64,000 nt of DNA from an uncultured archaeon (lineage in GTDB: Archaea; Asgardarchaeota; Lokiarchaeia; Sigyniarchaeales; SOKP01): the NCBI GenBank assembly GCA_964632315.1, contig CAZWEM010000005.1, positions 67,672 through 131,671 on the forward strand. Reading direction: 5' to 3'. The notes under the pieces are model-generated. The model worked only from the letters and a program-made list of their open reading frames with translations, was not told the DNA's origin and did not search any database. Position numbers and translations under genes: made by a program. Below, piece after piece: positions 37,831 to 47,642 of this stretch (positions are counted from its first letter, which is position 1; the number at the start of each line of letters is the position of its first letter).

Positions 37831-38748
37831 ATGTCCTATGAAGAAACTTATCCTCCAGATATCGAAATAGAGAGAGTACATGAAATTTTAAAACCCATTT
37901 TCTCCAACTTAAAGTTATCAGAGGTTTTGTTTCTGTATCACGGTTCTTATAATGTTTACAAAGTTAAAGATAAATACATATTTAGGTTTCCAGATAAGCA
38001 CTTTAGAAACCTTAAAGGGAAAGAGATGATTTCCAATGAAATTTATGTCCTAAATTCGCTAATGGAACACGTTAACTTTAAAATTCCCGATCCTATTTTC
38101 GTTTCAACCAAAATGGAAGAGCTTTATATTGGCTATGAAAGGATTGAAGGAATATCACTTTCTCAATGCATTACAGATATGACTAAAAATCAAAAATTAA
38201 GTGTGGCTGCTCAAATAGGAAAAATTCTTTCAGAATTGCACTCAGAGAGCATTGTATCCAAACTATTTCCAAAAAGTACATTTTCAATGGAATCCTTTAA
38301 GCTTCATTGGTATAATTGGTCTGAAAAAATCAAAGAGGTTGTCTTTCCTATTTTATCTGAAACTCAAAAGAATTGGATAAAAAATCTCTTTCAAAGATAT
38401 TTGAGGAATGGAGCAAATTTTAACTTCAAACCTTGTATCACACATTGCGATTTTGATACTTCGAATATTATCATAAATCCATTTAACTTTCAGATTCAAG
38501 GGATCATTGATTTTGAGGAAACAAAGCTCTATGATCCTTCCATAGATTTACTCTTCTATGCTCAAGGAAAGAAATTCATGAATCAACTATTTAAAAATTA
38601 TGAGGATAATGAATATGAGGATCTCAAAGAAAGAATGCAATTTTTCTACAATAAAATGGGTCTTAATTATTTGGTTTTCGGAATTGAGAATAATATAAAT
38701 GACATGATTAAATTTGGTATTTCTCTACTAATAAAACGCATGGAATAA
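37831..38748 (+). CDS. Aminoglycoside phosphotransferase / choline kinase-like protein
   Basis: YIFRFP, YERIEG, LSELH, Brenner motif HCDFDTSNII, GIIDFE, DP. Confidence 0.88.
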   Translation: MSYEETYPPDIEIERVHEILKPIFSNLKLSEVLFLYHGSYNVYKVKDKYIFRFPDKHFRNLKGKEMISNEIYVLNSLMEHVNFKIPDPIFVSTKMEELYIGYERIEGISLSQCITDMTKNQKLSVAAQIGKILSELHSESIVSKLFPKSTFSMESFKLHWYNWSEKIKEVVFPILSETQKNWIKNLFQRYLRNGANFNFKPCITHCDFDTSNIIINPFNFQIQGIIDFEETKLYDPSIDLLFYAQGKKFMNQLFKNYEDNEYEDLKERMQFFYNKMGLNYLVFGIENNINDMIKFGISLLIKRME

Positions 38749-38801
38749 TTTATATTAAAACAAAAAAAATGTATATTAATAATAATGCATGAGTGAAATG
38801 A

Positions 38802-39431
38802 ATGAGCAAAAATGATTCAGAGATTCCTGAAATTTGTCCTAATTGCGGGAGTCCTTTACAAGAAAGAGAAGGAAAATACGGAAAATTTTTAGGATGTACT
38901 AAATTTCCTGAATGCCGGTATATCTTTGACTTAACTCCTCCAACTAGAATAATGTGTCCAGATTGTGGTAAAGAACTTGTATGGAGAGGAGGAAAGTTTG
39001 GACGTTTTTTGTCTTGTAGCGGATATCCTCAATGTGAGTTCATTTATAATCCCGAATCTAAGAATCAAAAAGAGATTAAGTGCCCTGATTGTAACAGTAA
39101 ATTAGTATTGGATATAAGCTCAAAAGGGACTTATCTTAAATGTAGTAATACTTCAGATTGTTCTTATGAATTATTAGTCACAAAGGAAAAAAAAATTGAA
39201 TGCCCCGTGTGTGATGGATACTTAAGAAAGCGAAAAGGCCAATATGGAACTTTTTTTGGTTGCTCTAATTATCCTGATTGTAGATTTAGTTTTGATCCTG
39301 AACGCGAAGATAAAGTTTTGTTAAAGTGTCCGGAATGTGGACATCCATTAGATGTTAGAGAAGGACGATTTGGAAAATTTTTAGGTTGCACGGGGTATCC
39401 GGATTGTAAATTCATTTTAAATTTAAGTTAA
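38802..39431 (+). CDS. Stand-alone topoisomerase-type C4 zinc-ribbon repeat protein (5 repeats)
   Basis: Five units of CPxCG...R.G..G.F.GC..YP.C. Confidence 0.9.
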   Translation: MSKNDSEIPEICPNCGSPLQEREGKYGKFLGCTKFPECRYIFDLTPPTRIMCPDCGKELVWRGGKFGRFLSCSGYPQCEFIYNPESKNQKEIKCPDCNSKLVLDISSKGTYLKCSNTSDCSYELLVTKEKKIECPVCDGYLRKRKGQYGTFFGCSNYPDCRFSFDPEREDKVLLKCPECGHPLDVREGRFGKFLGCTGYPDCKFILNLS

Positions 39432-39561
39432 ATTAAATAATTTCTATTTTTCAGCTCTTTTTTATAATAGGAAAATTCTAAATTAACCTATAAATATAAG
39501 ATAATCAAATTAAAAGTATAGGAAATTATATTTATAGCTTTATTTAAAAAGGTAGATTTTG

Positions 39562-39714
39562 ATGGAAGAATTCAATAATAAACCAGAATATCCTGATCAA
39601 GATGAGATGAATGCTGGCATTGGGAAAGTTTTATGGGGCAAAGATGGAAAGTCTTTTTCAATGGGTCGATTAATTAAATCATTTACTAAAAAACGGATTT
39701 TTGGAGGAAAATAA
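39562..39714 (+). CDS. Small 50-aa protein upstream of the corrinoid operon
   Basis: Not in the ORF track. MEEFNNKPEYPDQDEMNAGIGKVLWGKDGKSFSMGRLIKSFTKKRIFGGK; AAGGT upstream; stop 3 nt before the next ATG. Confidence 0.6.
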   Translation: MEEFNNKPEYPDQDEMNAGIGKVLWGKDGKSFSMGRLIKSFTKKRIFGGK

Positions 39715-39717
39715 AGC

Positions 39718-40362
39718 ATGGGCAGCGAAGATGAGTTATATAATGCTGTAGTGAATCTAGAAGAGGACAAATCTTATAACCTAGTTAAAAAAATGGTGGA
39801 AAATAAAGAAGATCCTGATAAAATCATTGAAATCTTGAAGAAAGCTGTTGATGAGATTGGAGATAAATTTAGTAAGAAAGAATATTTTTTAACTGAGCTG
39901 GTAATGGCTGGTGAGATATTTCAGCAATCCGTAAAAATTTTTGACCCATTGCTTAAATCTAAAGGAAAAATGAAGAGTAGCGGAACCGTGGTTATAGGTA
40001 CTGTTAAGGGAGATGTCCATGATATCGGTAAAAATATTTTTGTCACGCTTTTAAAAGCTGCTGGGTATGATGTTTATGATTTAGGAGTGGATATTCCTTC
40101 GGAAAAATTTCTAGAAAAAGTAAAAGAAGTAAACGCTGATGTAGTAGCATATTCTGGATTACTAACGGTTGCTTTAGAATCCATGAAAGAAACTACGGAA
40201 CTATTAAAATCTAATGGACTCCGTGATAAAGTAAAAATAATCATCGGAGGACTTCCCGTTGATGAATTATGGATGAAAGAAGCAGGAGCTGATGCTTTTA
40301 CTGATAATGCTTTTGAAGGTGTTAAAATTGTAAATGAATGGCTAAAACAAGGAGGAAATTAA
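39718..40362 (+). CDS. Corrinoid (B12-binding) methyltransferase protein, MtaC/MttC-like
   Basis: GTVKGDVHDIGKN, DLGVD, SGLLT, IIGG. Confidence 0.95.
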   Translation: MGSEDELYNAVVNLEEDKSYNLVKKMVENKEDPDKIIEILKKAVDEIGDKFSKKEYFLTELVMAGEIFQQSVKIFDPLLKSKGKMKSSGTVVIGTVKGDVHDIGKNIFVTLLKAAGYDVYDLGVDIPSEKFLEKVKEVNADVVAYSGLLTVALESMKETTELLKSNGLRDKVKIIIGGLPVDELWMKEAGADAFTDNAFEGVKIVNEWLKQGGN

Positions 40363-40364
40363 AA

Positions 40365-41522
40365 ATGCAAGAGTTTGAACCAATTAAAGAAGAAGCTATG
40401 ACTTCGGTTGAACGCATGTTAACTGCAATGGAATTAAAAGAACCAGATAGGGTCCCGGTATGGCCATTGATAGATTATTTACCAGTACATCATACCAATG
40501 TAACTGCTCAAGAAATGATTGAAGATCCCGATAAATCACAATGGGCTTTTGAATGGATATATCATAAGCTTGGAGGCTATGATATTGCGTTTGCTGGCGG
40601 TTCTTTCTACATGCAAATTGTTAACCCCTTTCCTGATTTCTTTTCAATCTTTTATCTTGATTGGCGTTTACCCGGGCGCATGTTAGGAGTTAATGAATCA
40701 CCTCAATTGGTGGAACAAGCCTTAGATGATCCTTTCTTGAAGGTTGAAGATTATGATAAGATAATCGAAAAAGGTTTACTCTGGAAAGCAAACTTCAAAC
40801 GTGCTGGAATGAAAGATATGATGAGACTGAATAAAATAGGGCAAAAGGTAGCTGAATATACCGTGAAATGGTGGACACATTATAAAGTGCCGACTTTTAA
40901 TGATGGAGCATGTAGTACTCCTTTTGATCTACTATCTATTTTCAGAGGGTCCACTAATTTTATGAAAGACATTTATCGGTATCCAGATAAAATAAAAGAA
41001 GTTAGTGATTTTTTAGTTGATAACATGATCATGATGGGACAGTATGGTCCTTCTCTAATGGGAGGAAAAACAATTTTAGTTGGAGGAGTCAGGGGAAGTG
41101 CCGATTTCATGTCGATAAAACACTTTGAAGATCTATATTGGCCTTATTTCAAGAAGATTGTCACTGAATATGTAAATAAAGGATATATCGTTCAGCTCCA
41201 CATGGATACCGATTGGACTGACCGACTTCATTACTTTAAAGAGCTACCAAAAGGAAAGATATACCTCCACATGGATGAAAGAACAGATATATTCAAAGCA
41301 AAAGAAATTTTAGGCGGACACATGTGCATTGAAGGTAATTTAAAACCTTCATTATTTAAACTTGCTACACCTTCTCAGATTGAAGAAAAAGTCAAGAAAA
41401 TCATTGACGAGTGCGCCGATGGGGGTGGATTAATTGTCGGGTCAGAGATTCCGGACGAAGCAAAACTAGAAAACGTAAAAGCGATGATAGATACTTGTAA
41501 AACCTATGGGAAATATAAATAA
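40365..41522 (+). CDS. Uroporphyrinogen decarboxylase-like methyltransferase (MT2/MtaA-like); start probably 40365
   Basis: MTSVERM...EPDRVPV, PFD, LHMD, AKEILGGHMCIEGN, ENVKAMID; GGAGG upstream of ATG 40365. Confidence 0.88.
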   Translation: MQEFEPIKEEAMTSVERMLTAMELKEPDRVPVWPLIDYLPVHHTNVTAQEMIEDPDKSQWAFEWIYHKLGGYDIAFAGGSFYMQIVNPFPDFFSIFYLDWRLPGRMLGVNESPQLVEQALDDPFLKVEDYDKIIEKGLLWKANFKRAGMKDMMRLNKIGQKVAEYTVKWWTHYKVPTFNDGACSTPFDLLSIFRGSTNFMKDIYRYPDKIKEVSDFLVDNMIMMGQYGPSLMGGKTILVGGVRGSADFMSIKHFEDLYWPYFKKIVTEYVNKGYIVQLHMDTDWTDRLHYFKELPKGKIYLHMDERTDIFKAKEILGGHMCIEGNLKPSLFKLATPSQIEEKVKKIIDECADGGGLIVGSEIPDEAKLENVKAMIDTCKTYGKYK

Positions 41523-41555
41523 GGATATGGAAAGTAATTTTAAAATAAATTAATT

Positions 41556-42374
41556 TTATTTTTTCAATAAATTATCTTCAGAAATTTTAACTGGTTTATT
41601 CTTAAGTATTGCCTTTTCATCAATAATGCAATCATCCACATAATAAATCACCCCTTGTACATCTACATCTTTGCCAATCAAAGCACTTCTACATCTTATA
41701 TCTCCATGTACCTTAGCTCTATCAACACTTACAAGATCCTTGGCTTCAATATTACCATCAACCTGATGTTTAAATTTTACGAATAATCGCTTCTTTTCTC
41801 TCTTGTTAAAGCTCAATAATATGCTTTCGCCGATGATATTTTGATGGCATGTCATTTTTCCAGAAATATCAATCAATTTTTCTGATTCAATATTATTCAA
41901 CACATTTAATGAACCAGAAGAAGATATATTGTCCTTTACTTTGATTGCTTGAGTCCTTAAGCCCCCACTATTAATTAATGTGCCTAAGATCGTGATTCCA
42001 TTACCGACTTCCGAACTTCCACTTAACTTTACTTGCCCAATGACATTTAACTTCCCCGAGATGAATAATGAACCAGAATTTACCATTGTTCTTTTAACTT
42101 CCAGATTACCATCTATCTTAGTCGAACCACTAAACCTAGCCATATTTTCACAGAAAATAGAGCCAACTAATTTAAAGCTCCCAGAATTTTTTATATTGCC
42201 ATGAATTAAAAGATTACCCTTGCCACTTACACTTCCCGAACTTAGAAACCCATTAGACTCTAAATTGCCTTCAATTTTACAAGATCCAGAAATTCTAATC
42301 GTTTTTTCAGTACTGAGGTTTGAAATTGTCGAACTACCCGAAAAGGATAATCGATTATTTTCTTTTTCCTTCAT
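41556..42374 (-). CDS. Bactofilin-like (polymer-forming cytoskeletal) beta-helix protein; start probably ATG 42374
   Basis: About 17-aa repeats such as RISGSCKIEGNL, RFSGSTKIDGNL, KLSGSSEVG. Confidence 0.78.
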   Translation of the reverse strand: MKEKENNRLSFSGSSTISNLSTEKTIRISGSCKIEGNLESNGFLSSGSVSGKGNLLIHGNIKNSGSFKLVGSIFCENMARFSGSTKIDGNLEVKRTMVNSGSLFISGKLNVIGQVKLSGSSEVGNGITILGTLINSGGLRTQAIKVKDNISSSGSLNVLNNIESEKLIDISGKMTCHQNIIGESILLSFNKREKKRLFVKFKHQVDGNIEAKDLVSVDRAKVHGDIRCRSALIGKDVDVQGVIYYVDDCIIDEKAILKNKPVKISEDNLLKK

Positions 42375-42595
42375 AATATAATTGAATAAATTCAAGATTT
42401 ATTTAAAATATAAGGAGTACAATAATTAGAAGTAACATAATTCATAAATTTTTAAGTTCAAGTAAAGAAAATTAAATTTTCAATTAGAATTTGAAATACA
42501 TATTCTTTAAGTAGAACCATATATCTAATGGTGTCAGAATAAGAAAAAAATTTAAAAAAATATGATATGATTAAAACATTAAAAAATTGAAATTA

Positions 42596-43060
42596 TTACT
42601 TTACAACTAATACATCAGCATCAACATGATTTATAACATGTTCTGGAATTGTTCCTACAAAGGTACGGGTAAACATATTATGCTCTCCTTTACTTCCTAA
42701 TATAACTAAATCGATATTCTTTTCTTTAACTTGTTCTTCAATGTAATATTGAGGTCCCAGATCGTAAACTAACTTTGTCTCCGCATTTACTTGTTCTTTT
42801 TTCAAATGGTCTTCTGTTTCTTTCATTAAGTCATTAGCCCTTTTTACCGTATCTTGGTGAATTTCATAGGAAATTGCGCCACCCATATCTAAAGTTCCGA
42901 TTAAAGCGGGTCGTATTTCACTCATTTTATGTAGGACGGAGTGAAATACATAAAGTTCACTATTATCGCGTCTTGTTAATTCAATAGCTTTATTCAGGGC
43001 TTTTTTGGAATGTTCAGAAGTATCAATTCCAACTATGATTTTTTTATACATTTTTATCAC
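42596..43060 (-). CDS. Universal stress protein (UspA family)
   Basis: YKKIIVGIDTSEHS, DLVILGSKG, FVGTIPEHV...VLVVK. Confidence 0.93.
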   Translation of the reverse strand: MIKMYKKIIVGIDTSEHSKKALNKAIELTRRDNSELYVFHSVLHKMSEIRPALIGTLDMGGAISYEIHQDTVKRANDLMKETEDHLKKEQVNAETKLVYDLGPQYYIEEQVKEKNIDLVILGSKGEHNMFTRTFVGTIPEHVINHVDADVLVVK

Positions 43061-43239
43061 TTCACTTTTTATTGCTATTATACTTCGTTAATTTTAAACT
43101 ATAAATGTCTGGTCTAGAAATTATTAAAATATTAAGTCTGAATTTTAAATACCATAAGATAGGATTTATAAACCCTTTATTTTTTGAAAATACTAATAAA
43201 TTTTCTGAAAAAAAATTTAAAGTTCATGTGGAAAATATA

Positions 43240-43716
43240 TCACCAACAGCATGGGTCGAAGTAGGTTTTATAATTCCGAATCCAGTCACAAATAGTATAT
43301 TTAGAGTAATCTTCAGTTATCTCTTCACCAGGTAAAATATCTCTTTGCGCAACAGCACAAAAGCCATTTTCATCTTCAGAAGCACCTGAGTTCGCATTTA
43401 ATGAGTGATTTACGAATTTTGAGTTATCTAAACAAAAGATTAAGGCATCTAAATCTCGTTCGTAATACGAATAGGTTAAAATAGTTTTGAAATAACCTTC
43501 CAAAATTTCATTTTTATAGGATAATTCTAAAGTCCTAAATTGATCTTTAGTTATTATCAAAATGTCTCTTGGCCTCGCATGCCACCAAATTTGCCCTTTT
43601 GGAATGAGATTTTTGGCAAATAAACCTAATCCATGAATTTTACTCGATTTTACTTCTGCAAATTTAGATATAGGATTAATTGATGTAAAATTGTACGGAA
43701 TTTTATATTTAGACAT
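43240..43716 (-). CDS. SET-domain protein (lysine methyltransferase fold)
   Basis: SKIHGLGLFA, KFVNHS, RDILPGEEITEDY. Confidence 0.92.
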   Translation of the reverse strand: MSKYKIPYNFTSINPISKFAEVKSSKIHGLGLFAKNLIPKGQIWWHARPRDILIITKDQFRTLELSYKNEILEGYFKTILTYSYYERDLDALIFCLDNSKFVNHSLNANSGASEDENGFCAVAQRDILPGEEITEDYSKYTICDWIRNYKTYFDPCCW

Positions 43717-43767
43717 TAAAGTAATGCAAGAAATAGTACTATAAATACTTTTAAAAAAAAAAGAGTT

Positions 43768-44286
43768 TTAAAAATTAACCTTATTAACCGTGAGAACGCT
43801 ATCTCTGATGAGATTACCTACCGTTTCAGAAAAAACTGAGATACTAATATTGTGAGTTCCAGTTGACATTTCTAATACAAACTGTAATGTGACTGGAATA
43901 TATTGGTATGTTGCAGTTCCTTCATAGGGCCCTGCTCGCGTAAAAGGATTTAAAAGCCTAGTTCCATCAATCCAGAAATAAAATATCATATCAGCAAAAC
44001 TAACTGGATTAGGAAGGATTCTCGAACTAGTCGTAAATAGTAAATGAAGTGTACTTATATTTGAGAGATCAACTATTACATATAGATTAGGAACAGTTAC
44101 ATATACTAAATCTGGAGGTGTATAAATGGATTCCTTATAAGAATACCAAAAGTCTTTTTCAGGACTAGTTGGTACTTCAGGGATCTCAAGAGAACCCAAC
44201 TCTAACCAGTTGATAGCAGCAAGACCTAAACCTCCGCCCCCTATTATTAGGGCGATTATTCCTAAAACAACTCCACCTTTTCCCAT
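43768..44286 (-). CDS. Membrane-anchored beta-sandwich hypothetical protein
   Basis: N-terminal Gly-rich TM (GVVLGIIALIIGGGGLGLA) followed by a beta-rich domain. Confidence 0.7.
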   Translation of the reverse strand: MGKGGVVLGIIALIIGGGGLGLAAINWLELGSLEIPEVPTSPEKDFWYSYKESIYTPPDLVYVTVPNLYVIVDLSNISTLHLLFTTSSRILPNPVSFADMIFYFWIDGTRLLNPFTRAGPYEGTATYQYIPVTLQFVLEMSTGTHNISISVFSETVGNLIRDSVLTVNKVNF

Positions 44287-44432
44287 TAAATTTCAATCTC
44301 CTTTTCATTAAGAATTTTAGTAAAAATAGAATTTAGTAAAATAATTGGACTTTTATGATAATAAATATATCGCAAAGATTTTTTAAGTCCTTTCTCGAAA
44401 GGTTAAAATAACAGTTTCAGTTAAAATAAAGT

Positions 44433-46217
44433 ATGACAGAAAAACTAATCGAATGGAATCTGAGCGATTTTTATGAAAGCATTGATGACTCTCAGATCAA
44501 AAAAGATATGGACAACCTCTTAAAATCCGCGAAAGAGTTTAATGCTAAAGCAAAAGGGAAATTGACTGATCCGGAATTAACTTCTTCTCAATTCTCAAAT
44601 TGGTTTAAGGAGTATGAAAAAATTGGTGAAAAGGCATTTTATCTTCAAACTTACTCTCAATTAATATATTCTATTAATACCTTAGATGATGAGGTAAAAG
44701 CATTCCATGCGAAAATTGAAGAATACCTGGTAAAAATTCAAGAAATGACGCTATTTTTTTATTTAGATTTAAATCAAATTTCAGATTCGAAACATGAGGA
44801 ATTCATAAAAGATCCAGAACTTGCTAAATACATCCATGCCTTAAATTATAATAGATTAAAGAAACCTCACCAACTTTCAGAAAGAGAAGAACAAATCATT
44901 TTAATGAAAGATATTACGGGAGTTAATGGATTTTTAAAACTCTATAGTGAGATCAAAAGCGACTTTATTTATGATTTTGAAATAGATGGAGAAATGAAGA
45001 AGTTAACAGAATCGGAGCTTTTTGCTTTCATGTATCAAAATGATAAAGAACTTCGACATAAAGCCCTCAGTAAAATTGTATCAAAGTATAAAGATAATGA
45101 AAGGATTTTCACTCATATTTTTAATAACGTATTAAAAGATTGGGATCTCGAAAGTAAGAAGAAGAAATATAAGACTCCAATAGCTCGAAGAAATCTTAGT
45201 AATGAAATAAGTGATGAAAGCGTTGAGGTCCTTGGAAAAACAACTACACATGGATATAAGCTCGTGGAAAAATATTACTCCTTGAAACAAAAGATCTTAA
45301 AGCTTGAAGAGTTAAGGATGTCTGATCTATATGCTCCAATTGGTAATATTGAAAAAAATTATAGTTATGAAGAAGGCCTCCGATTAATTGAAGAAATAAA
45401 TGAAAATTTCCACCCAGAATTCTCAAAAATCATAAAAACAATGCAGCAGAAAGGACATATTGATGCAACCCCTAGAAAAGGGAAAAATAGAGGAGCATTC
45501 TGTGAATTTGGAAAATTAAAGCATTTTCCTTTTGTTTTTGTCAATTACACGGAGAATGTTGATTCTGTATTAACTTTAAGTCACGAATTAGGTCACGCAA
45601 TTCATGCCTATTATATTCAAGATGAGCAAAACTTTGTGAATTTAGGAATTTCTTTAGCAATTGCTGAGATTGCGTCAGTATTTAATGAAATGCTGATTCT
45701 AGATTATCTTTTGGATAGTGATTTGACTAAAGAAGAAAAGGTCTCTCTTCTTGCCATATTCATTGAAAATAATATCGCTACATCTTTTAGGCAAAACGCA
45801 TTTTACAATTTTGAGTTGAAAATTCACGAGCTAATTGGAGAAAAGCTTACTAAAACCTCTGAAATTAAAGATCTTTTTGTTAAAGAAATGGAATTAATGT
45901 TCGGGAATTCTATGAAAAATATAGCGGAGGATTATGCAGATTATGTATTCGTGATACCTCATTTCCTTAACGATCCTTTTTATGTTTATGCTTATAACAT
46001 GTCAAATCTATTAGTTATTGCCTTATATCAAATTTACTTGGAGAAAAAGGAAGAATTTGTTCCCAAATTTATAAAATTGTTAAAGATTGGAAGTTCTCTT
46101 TCACCTGAGGATATGTTGAAATTAGTTGACATTGATCTCAGTGACTCTTCTTTTTGGGGAAAAGGCATAGAATATCTGATGGATAAAGTTAACGAGTTAG
46201 AAAATTTAGTTGATTGA
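44433..46217 (+). CDS. pepF: M3B oligoendopeptidase F
   Basis: WNLSDFY, RKGKNRGAF, TLSHELGHAIH, AEIASVFNE, HF...FYVYAY. Confidence 0.93.
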   Translation: MTEKLIEWNLSDFYESIDDSQIKKDMDNLLKSAKEFNAKAKGKLTDPELTSSQFSNWFKEYEKIGEKAFYLQTYSQLIYSINTLDDEVKAFHAKIEEYLVKIQEMTLFFYLDLNQISDSKHEEFIKDPELAKYIHALNYNRLKKPHQLSEREEQIILMKDITGVNGFLKLYSEIKSDFIYDFEIDGEMKKLTESELFAFMYQNDKELRHKALSKIVSKYKDNERIFTHIFNNVLKDWDLESKKKKYKTPIARRNLSNEISDESVEVLGKTTTHGYKLVEKYYSLKQKILKLEELRMSDLYAPIGNIEKNYSYEEGLRLIEEINENFHPEFSKIIKTMQQKGHIDATPRKGKNRGAFCEFGKLKHFPFVFVNYTENVDSVLTLSHELGHAIHAYYIQDEQNFVNLGISLAIAEIASVFNEMLILDYLLDSDLTKEEKVSLLAIFIENNIATSFRQNAFYNFELKIHELIGEKLTKTSEIKDLFVKEMELMFGNSMKNIAEDYADYVFVIPHFLNDPFYVYAYNMSNLLVIALYQIYLEKKEEFVPKFIKLLKIGSSLSPEDMLKLVDIDLSDSSFWGKGIEYLMDKVNELENLVD

Positions 46218-46241
46218 TAATAATTATTTTAAATTCCTATT

Positions 46242-47462
46242 TCATCTCCATTCTTTTCCGCATTGACCACAAATATATTTTTTGGCATAAATTTTCGGAT
46301 AAGAATAAATAACACGGGTTTTATCATCTAGTTCCCGGATTTGAGCTTTATTTATGTTTCCACATTGAGGGCATTGCCATTTACGAGCAACGGAACCATC
46401 TTCAGTTTCTTCAGGAACTTTCTCAATATTCTTACTTTCTTCAATTTTCTGTACTTTATTAAAGGTTTCTAAATCTCGTTTTTTCTCACTCACATCATTA
46501 ACTAATTTTACCTCAATAGATTCGACTTTTTTTATCATTGGTTTTGGCTGTAAAACTTCAGCTTGGGGTTTCGTTTGTGTTATGGTAGGAGGCTTTTTTC
46601 TTTCACTACTGCTTATTGCAGTAATAGTTTTAGCTAAAAGGATAGAATCTTTATCCTTTAGTTGCTGGTTTAAATCTCTTAATTGCTCAATTTGTGACTT
46701 TAATTGCGCGATTTCCGTTTCATATGTCTGAACCTTTAATTTTTCTCTTTTGAGACTTTCTAGTTTGTGATTTAAATTTTGATTTTGCTTTTCTAATTCA
46801 GAATTATTTGTTTTTAATATCTCTATGATTTCCTCAATTTTCTCTGCATTTCCTACTGTTTCAAGGTTATTTATCTTTCTTACAAGAGATTGATTATTAG
46901 ATTCTAAATCATAAACTTTAGACTTCAGTTTACCTATTTCTTTTTCTAATTGTTCTTTATTAAACTTTTCTGACTGAAGGCTCACCTTTAGTTCAGTTCC
47001 GTCTTCAAGTTCCTCGTTTAATTCAGATAGTTTATTTTTAAGCGATTTATTTTCCATCTCTAATTTCCCATAGTCTTGAATAAGTGAATTTAATGAATTT
47101 TGAGTTTTAATTATCATTTCATCTTTAGCAGAATTAAACATTTCTTCCCTTGCTCTCTCAAACTCAATTTTAAGCTCAGCTAATTCTTTATTAAGCGTAT
47201 CATTATCTTGCTCTTTTTCATATAATTGATTTCGTAAAGAGGAGACCATACTTTTTAAAGTATCCATATCTTTAGACTCATCATATTCTTCATTATGACG
47301 AATTGGTTGGATTTTTAATTCAGATCTCTTTTCTCCTAACTTACTTTTTAGTGAAACTACTTCAGCTTTCAATTTTTCAACTGTCTTCTCTAAAAATGCT
47401 CTAGAGTCTTGCTCTTCTTCAGCTTGTTCAATCAAATCCTTTAGATCCTTACTCATTTTCAA
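46242..47462 (-). CDS. Long coiled-coil protein with C-terminal zinc ribbon
   Basis: About 280 aa of heptads; ends CPQCGN...DDKTRVIYSYPKIYAKKYICGQCGKEWR. Confidence 0.8.
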   Translation of the reverse strand: MKMSKDLKDLIEQAEEEQDSRAFLEKTVEKLKAEVVSLKSKLGEKRSELKIQPIRHNEEYDESKDMDTLKSMVSSLRNQLYEKEQDNDTLNKELAELKIEFERAREEMFNSAKDEMIIKTQNSLNSLIQDYGKLEMENKSLKNKLSELNEELEDGTELKVSLQSEKFNKEQLEKEIGKLKSKVYDLESNNQSLVRKINNLETVGNAEKIEEIIEILKTNNSELEKQNQNLNHKLESLKREKLKVQTYETEIAQLKSQIEQLRDLNQQLKDKDSILLAKTITAISSSERKKPPTITQTKPQAEVLQPKPMIKKVESIEVKLVNDVSEKKRDLETFNKVQKIEESKNIEKVPEETEDGSVARKWQCPQCGNINKAQIRELDDKTRVIYSYPKIYAKKYICGQCGKEWR

Positions 47463-47642
47463 TCTTAGTCTCTATTCTAAAACATCTATTCTATAAGTAA
47501 TAAATATTAGGCACTAATTTAAAGATGAGTTTAATCACTAATAAATCTTATATTTCATTTCACGGAATAGAAGCATAAAGAAATTGAGATTTTGAAATAA
47601 AAAGCAATCTTAAATGAAAAATATATGATCTAATAGCGATTA

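Noticed and set aside
46242-47462. SMC or chromosome-segregation ATPase label
   Set aside because: No Walker A/B or signature motif; it is only a generic coiled coil.
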